Origin: Bigelowiella natans CCMP2755
Taxonomy: Eukaryota > Protista > Cercozoa
Direction: 5' to 3'
Length of the DNA stretch: 64,000 bases
Assembly: GCA_000320545.1 (NCBI GenBank)
Contig: ADNK01000149.1
Location: 232,148-296,147, forward strand
Below are positions 39,252 through 53,085 of the stretch, in pieces (the stretch's first letter is position 1; each line of letters opens with the position of its first letter). The notes beneath the pieces were generated by a model that saw nothing but the letters and a program-made list of their open reading frames with translations, made no database searches and was not told the origin of the DNA. Made by a program: the position numbers and the translations under genes.

Positions 39252-40697
39252 ATGTTGGAGGTATGAAGAAGGCTTTTGCACGTGAGCGCCAGTAACCAAC
39301 CAACACTCCACCAATGACAGGTCGATGCAAAGAATGTGGCTTACTGTGATGATTTCATCACATCTGAGTATGATTACGCTGATACCAGAGTCTTCAAGTC
39401 GCCTCGAGGAGGTACTTACTAATTGGTCCCCTTTATTGATATCCTAGTAAATCTTAATTATTTGAAAAGGATACATTGCAAGGCCTCGGCAAAGGCGCTT
39501 CACCATTCGAACCAAGAGAAAAATCCCGAAAATCGGAATGATGCTCGTAGGGTTGGGAGGTGAGTATAATATCACTCAATTAATCATTGGTATCTCATGG
39601 TTTTGATCATCCTGTGAAAGGAAACAATGGTACCACTATCACTGGAGGGATTATAGCAAACAGAGAAAAGCTCTCCTGGATGACCAAGGAAGGGCGAATG
39701 GAAGCTGACTATGTCGGCAGGTGATGATGATGATGATGATGAGATTTTCACTTCTAATAGATAGTATCCCTATAAACCTCGAGTTCTGAACCTTAATTTC
39801 AACTGTTGTGGCATCAGCATAACACAATCTGCGACGATGAAGATCGGAATCGATGAGAAGGGAGAAGAAGTATACGTGCCACTGAAATCGGTACACGACT
39901 TAACCTCTGTAAAGCGTTATACAAAAGCTAGCAGAATGAGCGATGGAGGTATTTACTATCCAATAACAAGAATTGCATTGATTTCAGGTTGTTCCAATGG
40001 TAAATCCAAACGACATCCATATCGGCGGTTGGGACATTTCAAAGATGGTAGTAAAACCTACCAGTTACTTATTCCCCAGATTCTGCTCTATTTGCTACCT
40101 GCAGATTGTATATGAACGCTTTGTTCTTACTACAACTAGAATCTTGCGGACGGTATGAAGCGGGCATCAGTGTTCCCTCAAACGTTGCAAGATAAGGTCA
40201 CACTTTCGTTTGGTTGTGTTCTCACTTAAGACAAAAAGACGTCTTGACATTTACTTCGTGCAACAGTAGAAGATAAGCGAAACAGCAAAAATATACTCTG
40301 TTTGTGTGTGTATCCAGTTAGCAAAAAGGATGCGACATATGGTGCCTCTCCCCTCGGTGTACTACAAAGAGTATCTTGCAGCAAACCAAGAGGGTAGAAT
40401 ATCACTCCTTCATGCCATGCTCATCACCCAATTCATTCCCTTGCGCCATTCTTCCTCCCCCTTCTCTTCCTCCTTAGATCGAGCTGACAACGTAATTCCT
40501 GGTAACGACAAGCAAAAGCACCTCGAGCACATCCGAAACGATATACGTACGTTCAAGCGGAACAACAAGCTCGACAAAGTGATCGTTCTCTGGACCGCAA
40601 ACACCGAAAGAATGTGCAAGGTTGTGTGGTGCCAGGCCCGAAACACGGACAGAGAACGTTCAATAAAACTGATGATTAGTATCGATGTGTAGTTATG

Positions 40698-40755
<58 letters not shown>

Positions 40756-40772
40756 TGTGTATGTTGTGTATG

Positions 40773-40841
<69 letters not shown>

Positions 40842-42454
40842 ACAACCCAATGGTTTCAGATCATCCCAGGGGTACATGACAGCAGTGCGAACCTACTCAA
40901 AGCTATTAAAACCTCACATCCGGAGATATCTCCCTCGACTTTATTCGCTACGGCTTCGATCCTGGAAGGCTGTACATACATCAACGGCAGTCCCCAGAAC
41001 ACGTACGTGCCTGGAGTTGTCGAGCTGGCAACGAAGCATGGCGTCTTTATCGGAGGGGACGACTTCAAGAGCGGACAGGCACGGAACAATCACCGACACA
41101 TTAAAAAAAGGAAATGCAGCCGCAGCAAATCACGCTGTCGCAATGGAAAAGATTATTTTTGTACTCTAAAAATACAAGAACATCACGCCGATGACTTGAC
41201 TTCCCTCTGCCTCGGATATGGAAATTGTTTGGTTTCTATAACCGCGGTGAGATTCTATGATTTTGTCCTAATTGTTGCGACATCCATCCACAGACAAAGA
41301 TGAAGAGCGTGATGGTGGATTTCTTGGTGTCCTCTGGTCAGTTCAAACTTAGCAACTACTCCTCACCCACTCACTGATACTGCTACGCATAATGACCATG
41401 ATCATGATCATCATCTGCATGAAGAACGCACCTTAATAATGAACGAGGGTGGAATGAATCAATGGTATCTCCAATCAGGGATCAAGCCTGTCTGTATTGC
41501 ATCGTACAATCACTTGGGAAATAACGACGGAAAGAACCTGTCATCGGCAGCACAGTTTCGGTCGAAGGAGATCAGCAAAAGCAACGTTGTAGACGACATG
41601 ATTAATAGCAACAGGATTCTCTATAAGAAGGGGGAGAAGCCAGACCATCTTGTCGTTATCAAATATATGCCTTTCGTACGCGACAGCAAAAGAGCCCTGG
41701 ATGAATACACCAGCAAAGTAGGCTAGTAAAATATCTTTATATAATAATTGACAACAGCAAAAACAACTTAAAACGAGCAAGCTCTACAGAGACACCCTGA
41801 TTCCTCCTCTTTGTCTCACAGTCTATTACTTCTCGTACTTCGTCTCCGCCCCCCTCCCCCCCTCCATCCCACCCCTTTCCCCCTCTATTCTGACTCAGAT
41901 TTTCATGGGGGGGTTGAACACTATTGTGATGCACAACACTTGTGAGGACTCTCTATTAGCGTCTCCGTTAATCATAGATTTGGTGATCTTGGCGGAGCTT
42001 TGCGAAAGGTGTGTGCGAGAAACCACTCTTGAGAATCTAGCAACAAGTGATGACTAATAGCAAGGGCATTTGCCTATCTATTGTTGCTATGTGGTCATGT
42101 AGAATATCGATCAAAGCGCCTGGCGAGGAAACCTTCAGTCGTATGGATACCGTCCTTAGTTTCTTATCATTCATGATTAAAGCCCCCTTGGTTCCCAAGT
42201 AAGGAATTTATAGTCGTCGTTTTCTCTATCATTATCATCATCACTGTCATTATCATCATCAGCATTGTCATCATCATCGCCATCATCACCATCATCCGTA
42301 CTATGTTTTACCGAGTGGTCATTGCAACTTGACGTAGGAACACTCCTGTGGTCAATGCTCTCTTTCGCCAGCTAATGTGCATCAAGAATATACTGCGAGC
42401 GTGTGTCGGGTAAAAATTGAAAATATAGAAATTATATAGATACTCACACATATT

Positions 42455-42497
<43 letters not shown>

Positions 42498-42619
42498 TCG
42501 TACGTGTGGGCGAACGAATGATATTTGTAAATTTTGGATTGATTAATGAAAGGATGCACCCTGAAAACTCGATGCTGTTACAAGAGAAGCTTCCTGAGAA
42601 AATCCGTTCCTCGTTGTGA
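39252..42619 (+). CDS. INO1: Myo-inositol-1-phosphate synthase
   Basis: Exons give MLE|VDAKNVAY...; [10 protein letters not shown]|NNGTT; GGWDIS; [11 protein letters not shown]; [13 protein letters not shown]; [11 protein letters not shown]|TKMKS; [14 protein letters not shown]; [14 protein letters not shown]; DSKRALDEY; [13 protein letters not shown]; KAPLVP; ...MHPENSMLL...SSL* (stop 42619). Confidence 0.97.
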
Positions 42620-42699
42620 TTCTAACTACTACGATTCGAACGGGGATAATTAAAATAGCTGCTGGCATGATTGTGAAAAAAAACATTAAGATCGATGGC

Positions 42700-43192
42700 G
42701 TGCAATGATGCGTAAAAATGTAGCAATATTTGTCTGCATATGCGCTACCTGTTATGCGCAGATGTATGCACAGAAATTGATGCATTTTGGTGCGCATGAT
42801 GCAAACAGTACATGCATGTGTCACAAGATCAACACTTAATCCATGTGCAAGCGTGAGATGCATTGCTTTGCTAGCTACATTAGGATGACTATCGAAATGA
42901 AGATTGCAATTCATGCATTACATCCGTCTCATGCACACATAATGATTGCTCATTTTACGTAGTATATCGCGCGACGCGAAGGTATAAAACAAAAGGTGGC
43001 ATGCTGCTAATTTTTGCCCGCTGCCACTTGCATAGAGCGGCATGGCCATGCATGGTGGCGGTTAGTGTAGATGATGGCATGCTAGCATGTGCTGCAATGA
43101 AGCTTGATGTTCTTACTTCGATGTACGTGTGTGTGTGCGCGCGCGCGCGCGTGTCAAAATAGAGAGACAAGAGAGTAGAGAGAGAGAGAGAG

Positions 43193-43241
<49 letters not shown>

Positions 43242-43560
43242 AGGGGGGGGGGGTATAGACATCTGTACGTACTGTGCTACTACGCTAGCGTATAAGCGAC
43301 GTCTGTGTGTCTGTATCGAACGACCACACATGCTAGCATGGTGCACAACTCACGAATGTCCCATACGATATGAAATCAGCTGAAAATTTATTCTCATAGT
43401 GATTGGAAAAACGTAGGCTCACGCGTTCCTAGCATCACGGGCTGGCCAGCACACCCGGTTTCCAATTAGTTATTTTTCATGCATGCATCCTCCTGCGCTC
43501 ACACACGTAGCCATTAGCCATACATAAGGTATACTTCTCTGCACAGGTGCTAGCTGCAAC
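42700..43560. other. Palindrome-dense RY tract (convergent spacer)
   Basis: gcatatgc, gtacatgcatgt, gctagcta, gcgcgacgcg, gcatgctagcatg (43077-43089), gcgcgcgcgcgcgc and catgctagcatg (~43329). Confidence 0.85.
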
Positions 43561-43613
43561 TAGCTTTAATTTTAAATTCCAGGCAGGCGCTGCTATTCAT
43601 TAAACTGTACTCA

Positions 43614-45520
43614 TCATTTATCCTGCAGCCCTAAGGTGCTTCTTACATCGTCCTGGCTTACGCTACGCTTGAAGCGTTGCTCTTGTTCAAGGTCATCACT
43701 TCCATTGTTGTCAAGCTGCTCGGGTCCTAGTATCACCTCACGCACCTCTGCATGTTGTAAAGAAAATGAATGCTCACTGTCTGTGATTCATGCGCTGTTG
43801 CAGCGTAGAGGAGGTGTACGATTTGATTCTTAGAAAATGTCTACTAACAATTGCCGCTCGAAGCCGCGGTGAAACCATATTATCATGATGTCATTCGTTC
43901 ACCTCCAGGATTGAAGAAGAAGCGGTTATGGTTTCGTAGGCTATTCAGGAATGGATCACCACTCTGCTTGGCCCGGATTGCAGCCTTGACGTACACAAGG
44001 AGATCAAAGAAGTATTGACGCCCACCGAACGATTCGAGTCGCCGTATCAGTCAATCACTCAGCTGTTAATCAATCAATCAATCAATGAATCGTAGTAGTA
44101 CGTACTTCGAGAATTGACAGATTGTCGCTATCAGGAGAGATGAAGACCACCGTCTTGCCGGAATACTGCGTTTCTGTGATCGACATAGCCTGGACACCAA
44201 CAACCATGGCAACAAACAAAACGTTTCAAAAATTCAGATGCTACTGAAAACATCGATGGTTTTGCTCCGCGGCACTCCTATTATTATGGCCGCGCGTCGT
44301 CAAGATAGAATCCGTCATCTATGCATTCTCCATATTCACTTCGACAACCCAATTCAACATTCCGTTTGCCATCATCCCGTCATGCTCTATAAACATCATT
44401 TTTTCAACTCCTCCCTCTCTTACACCATTCCATGCCCATTAAGTATAAAGTCATTGAAGGCGGAAGTGTGAGCTATTCCTATGGTAGTTACCTGGCGAAC
44501 CCTTATGAAGACATCGTTCACACTTTCATTGTCGGTCCCGTCGTCGTTACGTGGTGGTTTCCATACTAATAACATTGGCAACAAATACGTTACGCGTTCT
44601 TCAATAGTGGTGAATCTAGGGCAGCCCGCGATCTATATTATTAATGATGCTATTATTTGTTGTTGTTGTTCATGTTGTTGTTGTTGTTGTTGTTGTGCTA
44701 CATATTCCATTTTCCTCATCTCTTTGATGCACCAAGTCGTATTTCTTAAACGTGTTCCCCTCAAACCTAACGTATGCGCGTATGCGTGCATAAGTGCTAC
44801 GAAAAATCACACAATCATTCAGAGCTTGCTATCGTTTTGCCTTCATCATAATTTTTTTTTTTAAAGAATCAAAGTTAGATTTATGTTGTTTTGATGTGGG
44901 CTGATGTTGTGTTGACCCGCCCATCCCTCTTGGGTCTAAAAAGGTATACTCCGGCACAATACGATTCTGACCTAGACCGATCAGCCTGAGATACGTCACG
45001 TACAATAATCAACAACAAACCAAAACAATTGAGGGGCACCAAGAACATTTTCATGCTAGGGTTGGGTTATCAATGTGTTGGCTCTTTCCAGCTGAGATTG
45101 TGAGCATGTGACATCTAATGTACGCACTCTGCGAGAATCGTTGCAGACTGGTAGGCATTAAATTGGATGGATGGCCACAGAACTATATCGTCTTCCGACG
45201 TCTAGGAGGAAAGTAAGTAATATTGTGTGTGAGAGCTATTATGCTTGGCAAGAGTACGTGTGCACACGACAATTCAATCGTTCAGGCTCAGTGAGGAGAC
45301 AATGATGGATTGACTAACCGTCATTGCTACAATGCTTTTGTACGCAGAAACCACTTGCTTCTTGCCTGCCAAGAAAAAGGAGCTGAGTTTCCAAGTGGTG
45401 GTAGGTGTAAACTTTGCATAATCTCGTGCATGACTTACCCGTATTTGTGAGTGCATGGTCGAAGGCGTTGGTGTACACCTGAGAAGTAACACACGGTCCA
45501 CAATAACATCCACTTATATA

Positions 45521-45595
<75 letters not shown>

Positions 45596-46215
45596 TGGTG
45601 GTGGTGGTTTGATCTGATTATCACTTAGAATTTGATCTCTTAATCGCAGTAACGCCATACTGCACACCACCTTATTCGTCATGATCTCATCTCTCGCTAG
45701 CAGTTGGTCCTCTCCAGCCCGCATCAGAATGTATCGATTGTTGAGTTCATCGGGGGGGTACATAACCTTAAATAGATCATTATAATACAGTGCAAGCACA
45801 TAGATTATGAATATCACGCATGAAACAGGGGTTTCGGAAGGCAAAGACCATTGCAGCATCCGCGTTCTTCGGCCGCACAGTCAACGATGTTCCGGCAGCG
45901 ATGGCTATTCCCATAGCAATGCTGCAAAGGGAAAAATTCCATCATGACAATTGAAACTCTAGGGTAATTATTAGAGGTGTTAATTAGCCACCTCGACAAA
46001 AAAGGCCTCCTCTGCAGGAGCATGTTGTCCACGCCGCCCCTGCTGCCATGAGCTCGCATCGTCCTTCGGTGTCCCTCGTGGAGCCGATTCATCAACCTCA
46101 ATCGAGACCTAGCTCCGGATATAGAGGTGCAGTGGGTAACGGTGAGGGTTAGAAATAGAGCAGCTGCAGATGAGGGTTTCCTCCTCCATTTGGCGAAGGG
46201 CAGCAGCGTTGTCAT
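43614..46215 (-). CDS. Plastid-type phosphoglycerate-mutase-like protein (histidine phosphatase superfamily; resembles plant At5g62840-type proteins)
   Basis: LNNRYILMRAGED; IVLWPSIQFNAYQSATILAE; RIVPEYTFLDPRGMG; KPPRNDDGTDNESVNDVFIRVRQ | AMSITETQYSGKTVVFISPDSDNLSILE | ...RNHNRFFFNPG E|VR. The leader is MTTLLPFAKWRRKPSSAAALFLTLTVTHCTS plus an R/S-rich transit region. Confidence 0.85.
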
Positions 46216-46785
46216 CGTGATGTGTCTGAAGCTCAAAATGCTCTCATCTGCCACACCTCAGAATCATTCAAAAATGGCCTCGGTTTTTGGCTTTTCGTCA
46301 AGTTCCCTATTGTGCCACGAAGATCCAAGTCGCAGGGGCTGAAACACATCCCAAACGTCCATCTCATATGGCGATTTTGTTCTCGAGATTCTCAGAGACT
46401 CGAAGTGCTGCCCCCCAACGGTCACCAAGTAAGGAGAAACGCTTTCTTTGTTTCTTGCCGTTATCATGCTTCCCCTTACGGATCAGATGTAGGCCCTGCA
46501 AACATCGTGAAATTAGTGACTACCAATGTTCTGATTTTGAACGCCCGCTTGTCTTCCCATTCTGGGTCGAAATCCATCGAATTTAAAGGCTGAAAAATGA
46601 CACTTATGTCAGGCAGGGCAAGTGCCATGAGTGGACTCGATACTGACCTGAATAAATTATTCCTTTGTAAGAAGTTTATCGCATGAAATAAAGACTAGTT
46701 CTTCAGTTATCTTCCTCGGCTCCCAAAGCAGCACTGGCCGATCCCTCCGCCTCATCGTGTGTCTGGGGTCTTCTCTTCCCTCAAC

Positions 46786-47081
46786 ATGGATGACGAAGAT
46801 GACTTCGACCTCAACTTTGATGATGGAGACTTACAGCTTCCAGGGAGTGGCAAGTTCTCGCCGAAAGCATCGGTAATTTGGATCTGTCAGTCAGTCCTGC
46901 CCATCGTTGCCACAAGGGAAAAGAAGGCAATTGTTCAGGGAGGGGGATATTATCCCAATACTGCTTGTGCACATTTAACCCTTCATTTGCTTAGCAATAC
47001 GGAAACACGCACACGCACATAGAGAGAAGAGAGGAGGGGGGGGGGGTGGGAGGGGGGGGGGGGACACACAACCGCACACAC

Positions 47082-47129
<48 letters not shown>

Positions 47130-47351
47130 AATATATTCATTTGAAATTAGTGTATCACACATATTGAAATACATGTAATAACGTTAAATATTTTCAACAA
47201 ATCATTACTGCTTCCGTTGTGAATCATCTTCCATCAATCTTCTAGGAGAGAGGCAATCAGCAGATGGCAGAAGATTTGAATCTAAGTAGCAACAGCGACG
47301 ATTCTCTCAGTTTTCAAGTCGTAAACACAGCGGCAGTACCAGCTGCAATAG

Positions 47352-47413
<62 letters not shown>

Positions 47414-47781
47414 ATTAGTGTGAAATCCTAACCTCTAGATTCTGTACATACTCAAAGTTTTATTTCCTCCCCCCAGAATCAAAGGAGGCATCTAATGAGG
47501 ATATGGTTCTCTGTCTCACATGGGAAGATGGCAAGAAAAAGATACGTCTAGATCCAACAAACCCGGAGCTTAAGATTGGAAAGAAACAGTGAGTATTCTA
47601 GCTTTGTCTAAACGTGAAATCTGATCCTGTGATTTATAACTTCTATCTTTTAACAAATGACACTGCTACATACAACAGGGCGAATGATATCGTCGTTGCC
47701 TCGTCAAGGATTTCAAAGTTTCATTGCAGAATAGAGTACGGAAGGACTTTAGTAGACAGGTGATGAGGTTTTACAATGAAT

Positions 47782-47813
<32 letters not shown>

Positions 47814-47844
47814 ACACACACGCACACCCACACATATGTGTGTG

Positions 47845-47902
<58 letters not shown>

Positions 47903-50900
47903 GCAGATTCACTACTCACAATGTAACAGATCGTATGATAATAATAAGAATAACTGTCCCCAATTTCAACCCTATTCTCCTCCTCCACCTCCTGCACAAT
48001 CAGTAACTCTAAGAATGGCACCAAACTAAACGGCGTTAAGATAACCAGGGCCAAGCTATCGCCAGGAGATATATTGGAGATTGGGGCTTTAACGTTCGAG
48101 ATTACAGCCGACGACACGACAACAAAGAAGCCGCAGCAGGATGAACAAGTCATTCCGTCAGCGAGAGAAGCAGCCGCCGATCCTGTCCGGAAGAACGAAA
48201 GCACAGGCCTTAGCAACAAACATGGAAGCAAAACTGCTGGTGGTGACTACTACCAGGCGGCGAGTGGCGATGTTAGTAGTGATGTTCGGGACCCAGGGAC
48301 TGAAAAAGAACGTGTAGATAAGACGGAAGAACCACCCGCTGCTAGCAGAAGCGCTGGAAAACCAGCAAGTGGAAATGATCATAACAGAAAGGAGGATGGG
48401 CCAGATAAACAGCACATCGACCGAGAAGGGGGTAGTGGTGGTGGTGGTGGTAATGATGGCAATGGGGAAAAGAAGGAGGCAGCATTAGCTGCTTCTCATA
48501 AAAAACAAAACTCTCTCTTAGACAGCTTCGACGATGACTTAGATCTAGATCTCGGGGACCTCCAATTGGGTCTCGACGACGACGAAAACGACACAAAAAG
48601 CCTACCCAAAAAAACAAACTCTGCGAGTCAGGATCAGGATCCGCGTGAGGGGGGGGGAGAAGGCAATGACAACGAATCTAAAGAGAAAGGAAGAGCGGAT
48701 GGGGGAGATAAACAATCAAAAACATTAAGTTCGGATGATAAAGATACTTCCAGCAATGGTGATGGAAAATTACTAGGCTCGAACGCCACTGACATCGTTT
48801 CCAGCGGTGGTGGTGAAGTAAAAGGAGAAACGACGAAAAGTGCAGACCTTCACTACGAAGAATCTCCTCCCAAGGAAGGAAAAGAGGCAAAACAAGATGA
48901 AGGGAAAGCGGAGCAGCAGAAGGAAAAAACTCCACTTAGCACAGAACAAGTCAGCGATAGAAATCCAAATTCCACAGGTTTGTACTGTGCATGTGGGGGG
49001 GAAGGGGGGGGGGGGGGGATTAACGATGCCTTAAATACAATGTCTCTAACAATTCTTGAATTTGTATACTATATATTTCAGATTTGGACAGCAAGAACAG
49101 GACCACCGAAGAAGCCAAGGCTTCTGCTGATGGTGCTGCTGCTGGTGGTGCTGCTGGACTCGAATCAAAGAACGATGACTTTGAAGACTTTGAACTCGAC
49201 GATATTTTGGATGGCGAGACTTCTGATTTGCTGCAGAAACTCGACTCTCACATATCCGCCCAGGAATCAACGCTAAAAACTGCGGAGAATACCGCAAACG
49301 CTATTGAGAATGGCAAGAGCGGCAAGCCACTGGTAGACAATACTTTGAGCAAACCCGGCGAAGCAGCAGTAGCCCCCTCCCCGTCCTCCTCGTCATCGGA
49401 TCAAACAAACGAGAAGAAAATAGACCGTACCACTGGCGATGATAATCCCCTCGAAGACGATGAGGACTCTTCTATGTTCCAGCGCGACCAGGCTTTACTT
49501 GCCGAGGTGAATAGGCCATTATCAGACTTAGAAGAAGAAGAACAACAACAACAACAAGGCCACGATGGTGCTGCTGGTTCGATTGCAACGCGTGATGGGG
49601 TGGAAGAGCGAGGGGCTGAGAGAGGAGCAAAGACAACTCCTCCGAGCACTCCTTCCCAGCAGCCAAAAAGACGAGGGAGAGGAGATGGCAGCAGTCTCTC
49701 TGATAGAACACTGACTTCCCCCCTCTCCAGAAGCCTATCGCGCAAGCGTAGCAATAATAGGGCAAGGGGCATGAACAATGCGAACCCCCAGGTGCGATTA
49801 GAGGCACTGCGGATTGAAGTGGAGGAGCTGACGAAGAGAAACAAACGGATTCGTAAGCGCATCGCACGGGTGAGGGATCAGGTCAACCAGACCAGTAGCA
49901 ACAACGCCATGCGGAAGGTGCACGCGCTCAAGGCCAACTGCGACACGATTAGAGAGGGGAACGCGCGGAGAAAGGCCGAGATCAATACGATTCGAGCGAG
50001 GCTGAAGGAGATCCCTAAGCTCTATCCGGTGAAGCTTAAGTCGGGGGAAGAAGAGCGCATTCTGGAGTCGTACCGAACCGATTTCGAACTGGGGAAAAAA
50101 CGCTACGTTTCCGCCTCGAACAAGCTCGATCAACTCCATGCGCAGTCAAGGAGGTAGTTGGTGTCCTTCAAGGGAAGAAGAAGAAGAAGAAGAAGAGGGG
50201 GTTGATATCATGACAACGCATTTATTTTTGGGTTGATCGAGCTTGTTCGAAAGTGATTCACGATGAATCATGATCAAACGTGAGGGAACCATCACCCGCT
50301 ATACATCGGCACATCACGACACTGAACATTATTGCGTTTTCCTGTCACGTTCTTAGGTACCTAGAGAAGGTCGGCTCAGTCCTCTCCCGCGCGCGTGCAA
50401 CGTGTGAGCAGGCGTTCCGCGAGCGAGAAGAATGCTCTCGTACAGCTCAAGCTGAGCTCCTCAATAACCGCCGGTTGGAAGTGAAGCTAACTAGCTTGCT
50501 CGAGAAGCGCACTAAATCCCACGATCTGCAATCGACGTGCCTCGAAGTCCAGCGGCAGGTGGGGGATCTCCGCCAGCGGGTCGCAGCAACGCACCAGGTC
50601 AACGTGCAGCTCTCGTCGCAGATGAAGGCACTGGACGTACAGATCGCAGAAACAAAGAAAAAGGACCTGGCCATGCGGAATCGTCGGAAGAAGGACAGCG
50701 AAGCTATGCAGAGGAAACTTGCGTTGATTGACCGTGCTAGGATGACCTTACAGCGGGCACAATCCATGAAGGAAATCGGAGTCGCAGTCGACATCAACCT
50801 CATTCGTCACTCTTATTACCCCCCACAGGCAGCAGCAGCAGCAGGAGGAGGAGATGGTGATGGTGATGATGATGGTGATGATGACGGGACAAAGGAGGGC

Positions 50901-51107
50901 GAGGACGTCTCTAAAGCCGTGCGACAATTGATGGCAGATAGGCTCTCTAGATGGGGGAATCTGATGGAAATCAACCTTGGGACATGTGAAGAGCTGCTGT
51001 TAGGCAACGAGGTCTCCATGAAACAACACTTGGAGGAATGTGGGCGGCGGCTGGAGCTGGTCAATTCGGCCCTGGAGAAGAAACTAGCTGACTTCAAGTA
51101 CACGTAA
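46786..51107 (+). CDS. FHA-domain protein with a long acidic disordered linker and a C-terminal coiled coil
   Basis: LKIGKK | ANDIVVASSRISKFHCRIEYGRTLVD S|NSKNGTKLNGVKITRAKLSPGDILEIGALTF is an FHA pattern. Large exons follow at 48007-~48976, ~49082-50153 and ~50358-51107, with heptads (RLEALRIEVEELTKRNKRIRKRIARVRDQ). Confidence 0.85.
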
Positions 51108-51239
51108 CAACCACGTCGCGTGACTGTAGACGATGAGAGATCAATGAAACAACTGTATACATAGATGAGGCAATGTGACCATCAGAGATTAGAATGTTAA
51201 AATAATAAATTTACCGCCAGCGAAGCTATTCTGTGACTC

Positions 51240-51760
51240 TGGTGCTAGAGCAGCTAGAAGCATCCGTTTGCGGAAGTTCATAGCACTGATATCAAGCAAT
51301 GAAATTGCGCATAGATCGATGCTCTACACATGGTGCAGGTATGCTATTTATTAAGGATGCGCGCCTGCTCAGGCGTCAGCAATCACGGAATCACTGGCAC
51401 ACATCATGCATATATGAGACACAGTTGTAATGAAAGAACAAAATACATTCCATAGAGCGCTGTAGCCGCTGCTTTGCATATAGTCATGTTACGATGACCA
51501 TTGCAAAGATTTGATCGCACTTCATCATCCGTCACACATTCTGTCAAGCGTCATCATAGCGTAGTGGTAGCTGTGCAAGTGACAAGTAGCACAGGCCAGC
51601 ACAAAATCTACACGTTCATCACTTGTTTTGTATGAAATGTGCAACTTGCCATGTTACCATGGACGCATTGGATTTAACCAATAGCTAGCTAATGTGAAGG
51701 CGCTATGCTGCGCATGCTTATTGTGCACAGCCTGCATATGCTATGCGTATCGAGCGCAGC
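51240..51760. other. Palindrome/RY tract (convergent spacer)
   Basis: gctagagcagctag, gatgcgcgcc, catgcatatatg, ccatgg, tagctagcta, tgcgcatgc and gcatatgc. Confidence 0.7.
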
Positions 51761-51857
51761 GAATCTTCGAGCAGGGTACAGTTTTTGCACATGGTTCTCA
51801 TATTCGTCATTGTCCATGGATTATATATATAAATATACAATGATACAACAATATTGA

Positions 51858-52188
51858 TCATTTCTCTCCGCCAGCTCTTTTCTGTTTCCGTTTTTTGGAT
51901 GAAACAGTCTTGTTTCTTTGTGACTCCAATATATCCCACACCTGAAGGGAGACAGACAACGCAGAGAAGAAATGAATGATAAAAATCCAACACATTCTGC
52001 AGTCATCATTATTCAAAGTCAGTGCTTTGAGGAGACCGTTTTGTCCTTGCCCTCGGGTGCTTGTTCTTCTGTACCCTCCTTCAAATATATGATAGTCATC
52101 GTCGTCATGATAACATCTCAAGATACGCGCGAGAACATCATTAGGTATAGCAGGCTTCTTGTCCCTCCCGAAATAATTTACCATGCAA

Positions 52189-52226
<38 letters not shown>

Positions 52227-52547
52227 TTAGTTAGAGCATGTAATTGTATTCGACTTACTACCGGATTCTTACAGAATAGACAAGAGCTCACTCGTTGTTT
52301 CAAATACACTTTGTTCAGCATCTTCCGAGTTTCTAACACGCAAAAGAATGACTTAGGCAACAATACCAAGGGCACATGAAGAACACAGCAAACATTATCA
52401 TTTGATCATCATCGGCGGAGAAACATCATAGCTTGGCTCACTTATGTCATAGACTCTCACGAAACGGTCAAGGCTTGTCGTCGACAGAAATTCCCCTGAT
52501 TGTTGTGTGGGGAGTGATGATTAGGAGTGAGATGAATGCGACGGAGA

Positions 52548-52588
<41 letters not shown>

Positions 52589-53054
52589 ATGGTCAACTGC
52601 TAGCATCATCGCCACTGTCGTTTTTTGTAAAGTAGAGAACACCAGATTCGTCTTGGCTGATGCAGGTGATAGCCCCACCAACACCTTGCAAGAGGGAAGG
52701 AGTAAGGATAGGAAGAGAGGAGGAAGAGAGCAGAAAGAGAAGAATTAATGGGAACGTATAGCTGAAAAGAGAATATGGCATGAAAAATGAATGGCGGAGC
52801 ATGCATGGAGGGTTCCACCCTGCCCCCTTCTTCTGCGCTTGTGTAGTTCTTCGAATATTATGAGCAACACTTGGAAGAGAAAGAGAGAAAGGGGAAGAAG
52901 AAGGAGAAATAGAATGCAAGTAGATCTATTCACCCTTAAATTTGCCTACAATACGGCCGTTGACTCGGCTATCGAGCTGCAGAGTTTCTCCTGAATGATG
53001 ACCAGATTTATAGATAATATGAATTCCTGACACGTGTACCGGCCACGCAAAGCA

Positions 53055-53085
<31 letters not shown>

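Noticed and set aside
41670-41700. INO1 VRDSK instead of the usual VGDSK
   Set aside because: It is a single substitution at a position known to vary somewhat; the other catalytic motifs are intact.
49401-51103. Minus-strand ORFs of 95-153 aa
   Set aside because: They are antisense to the long FHA-gene exons.
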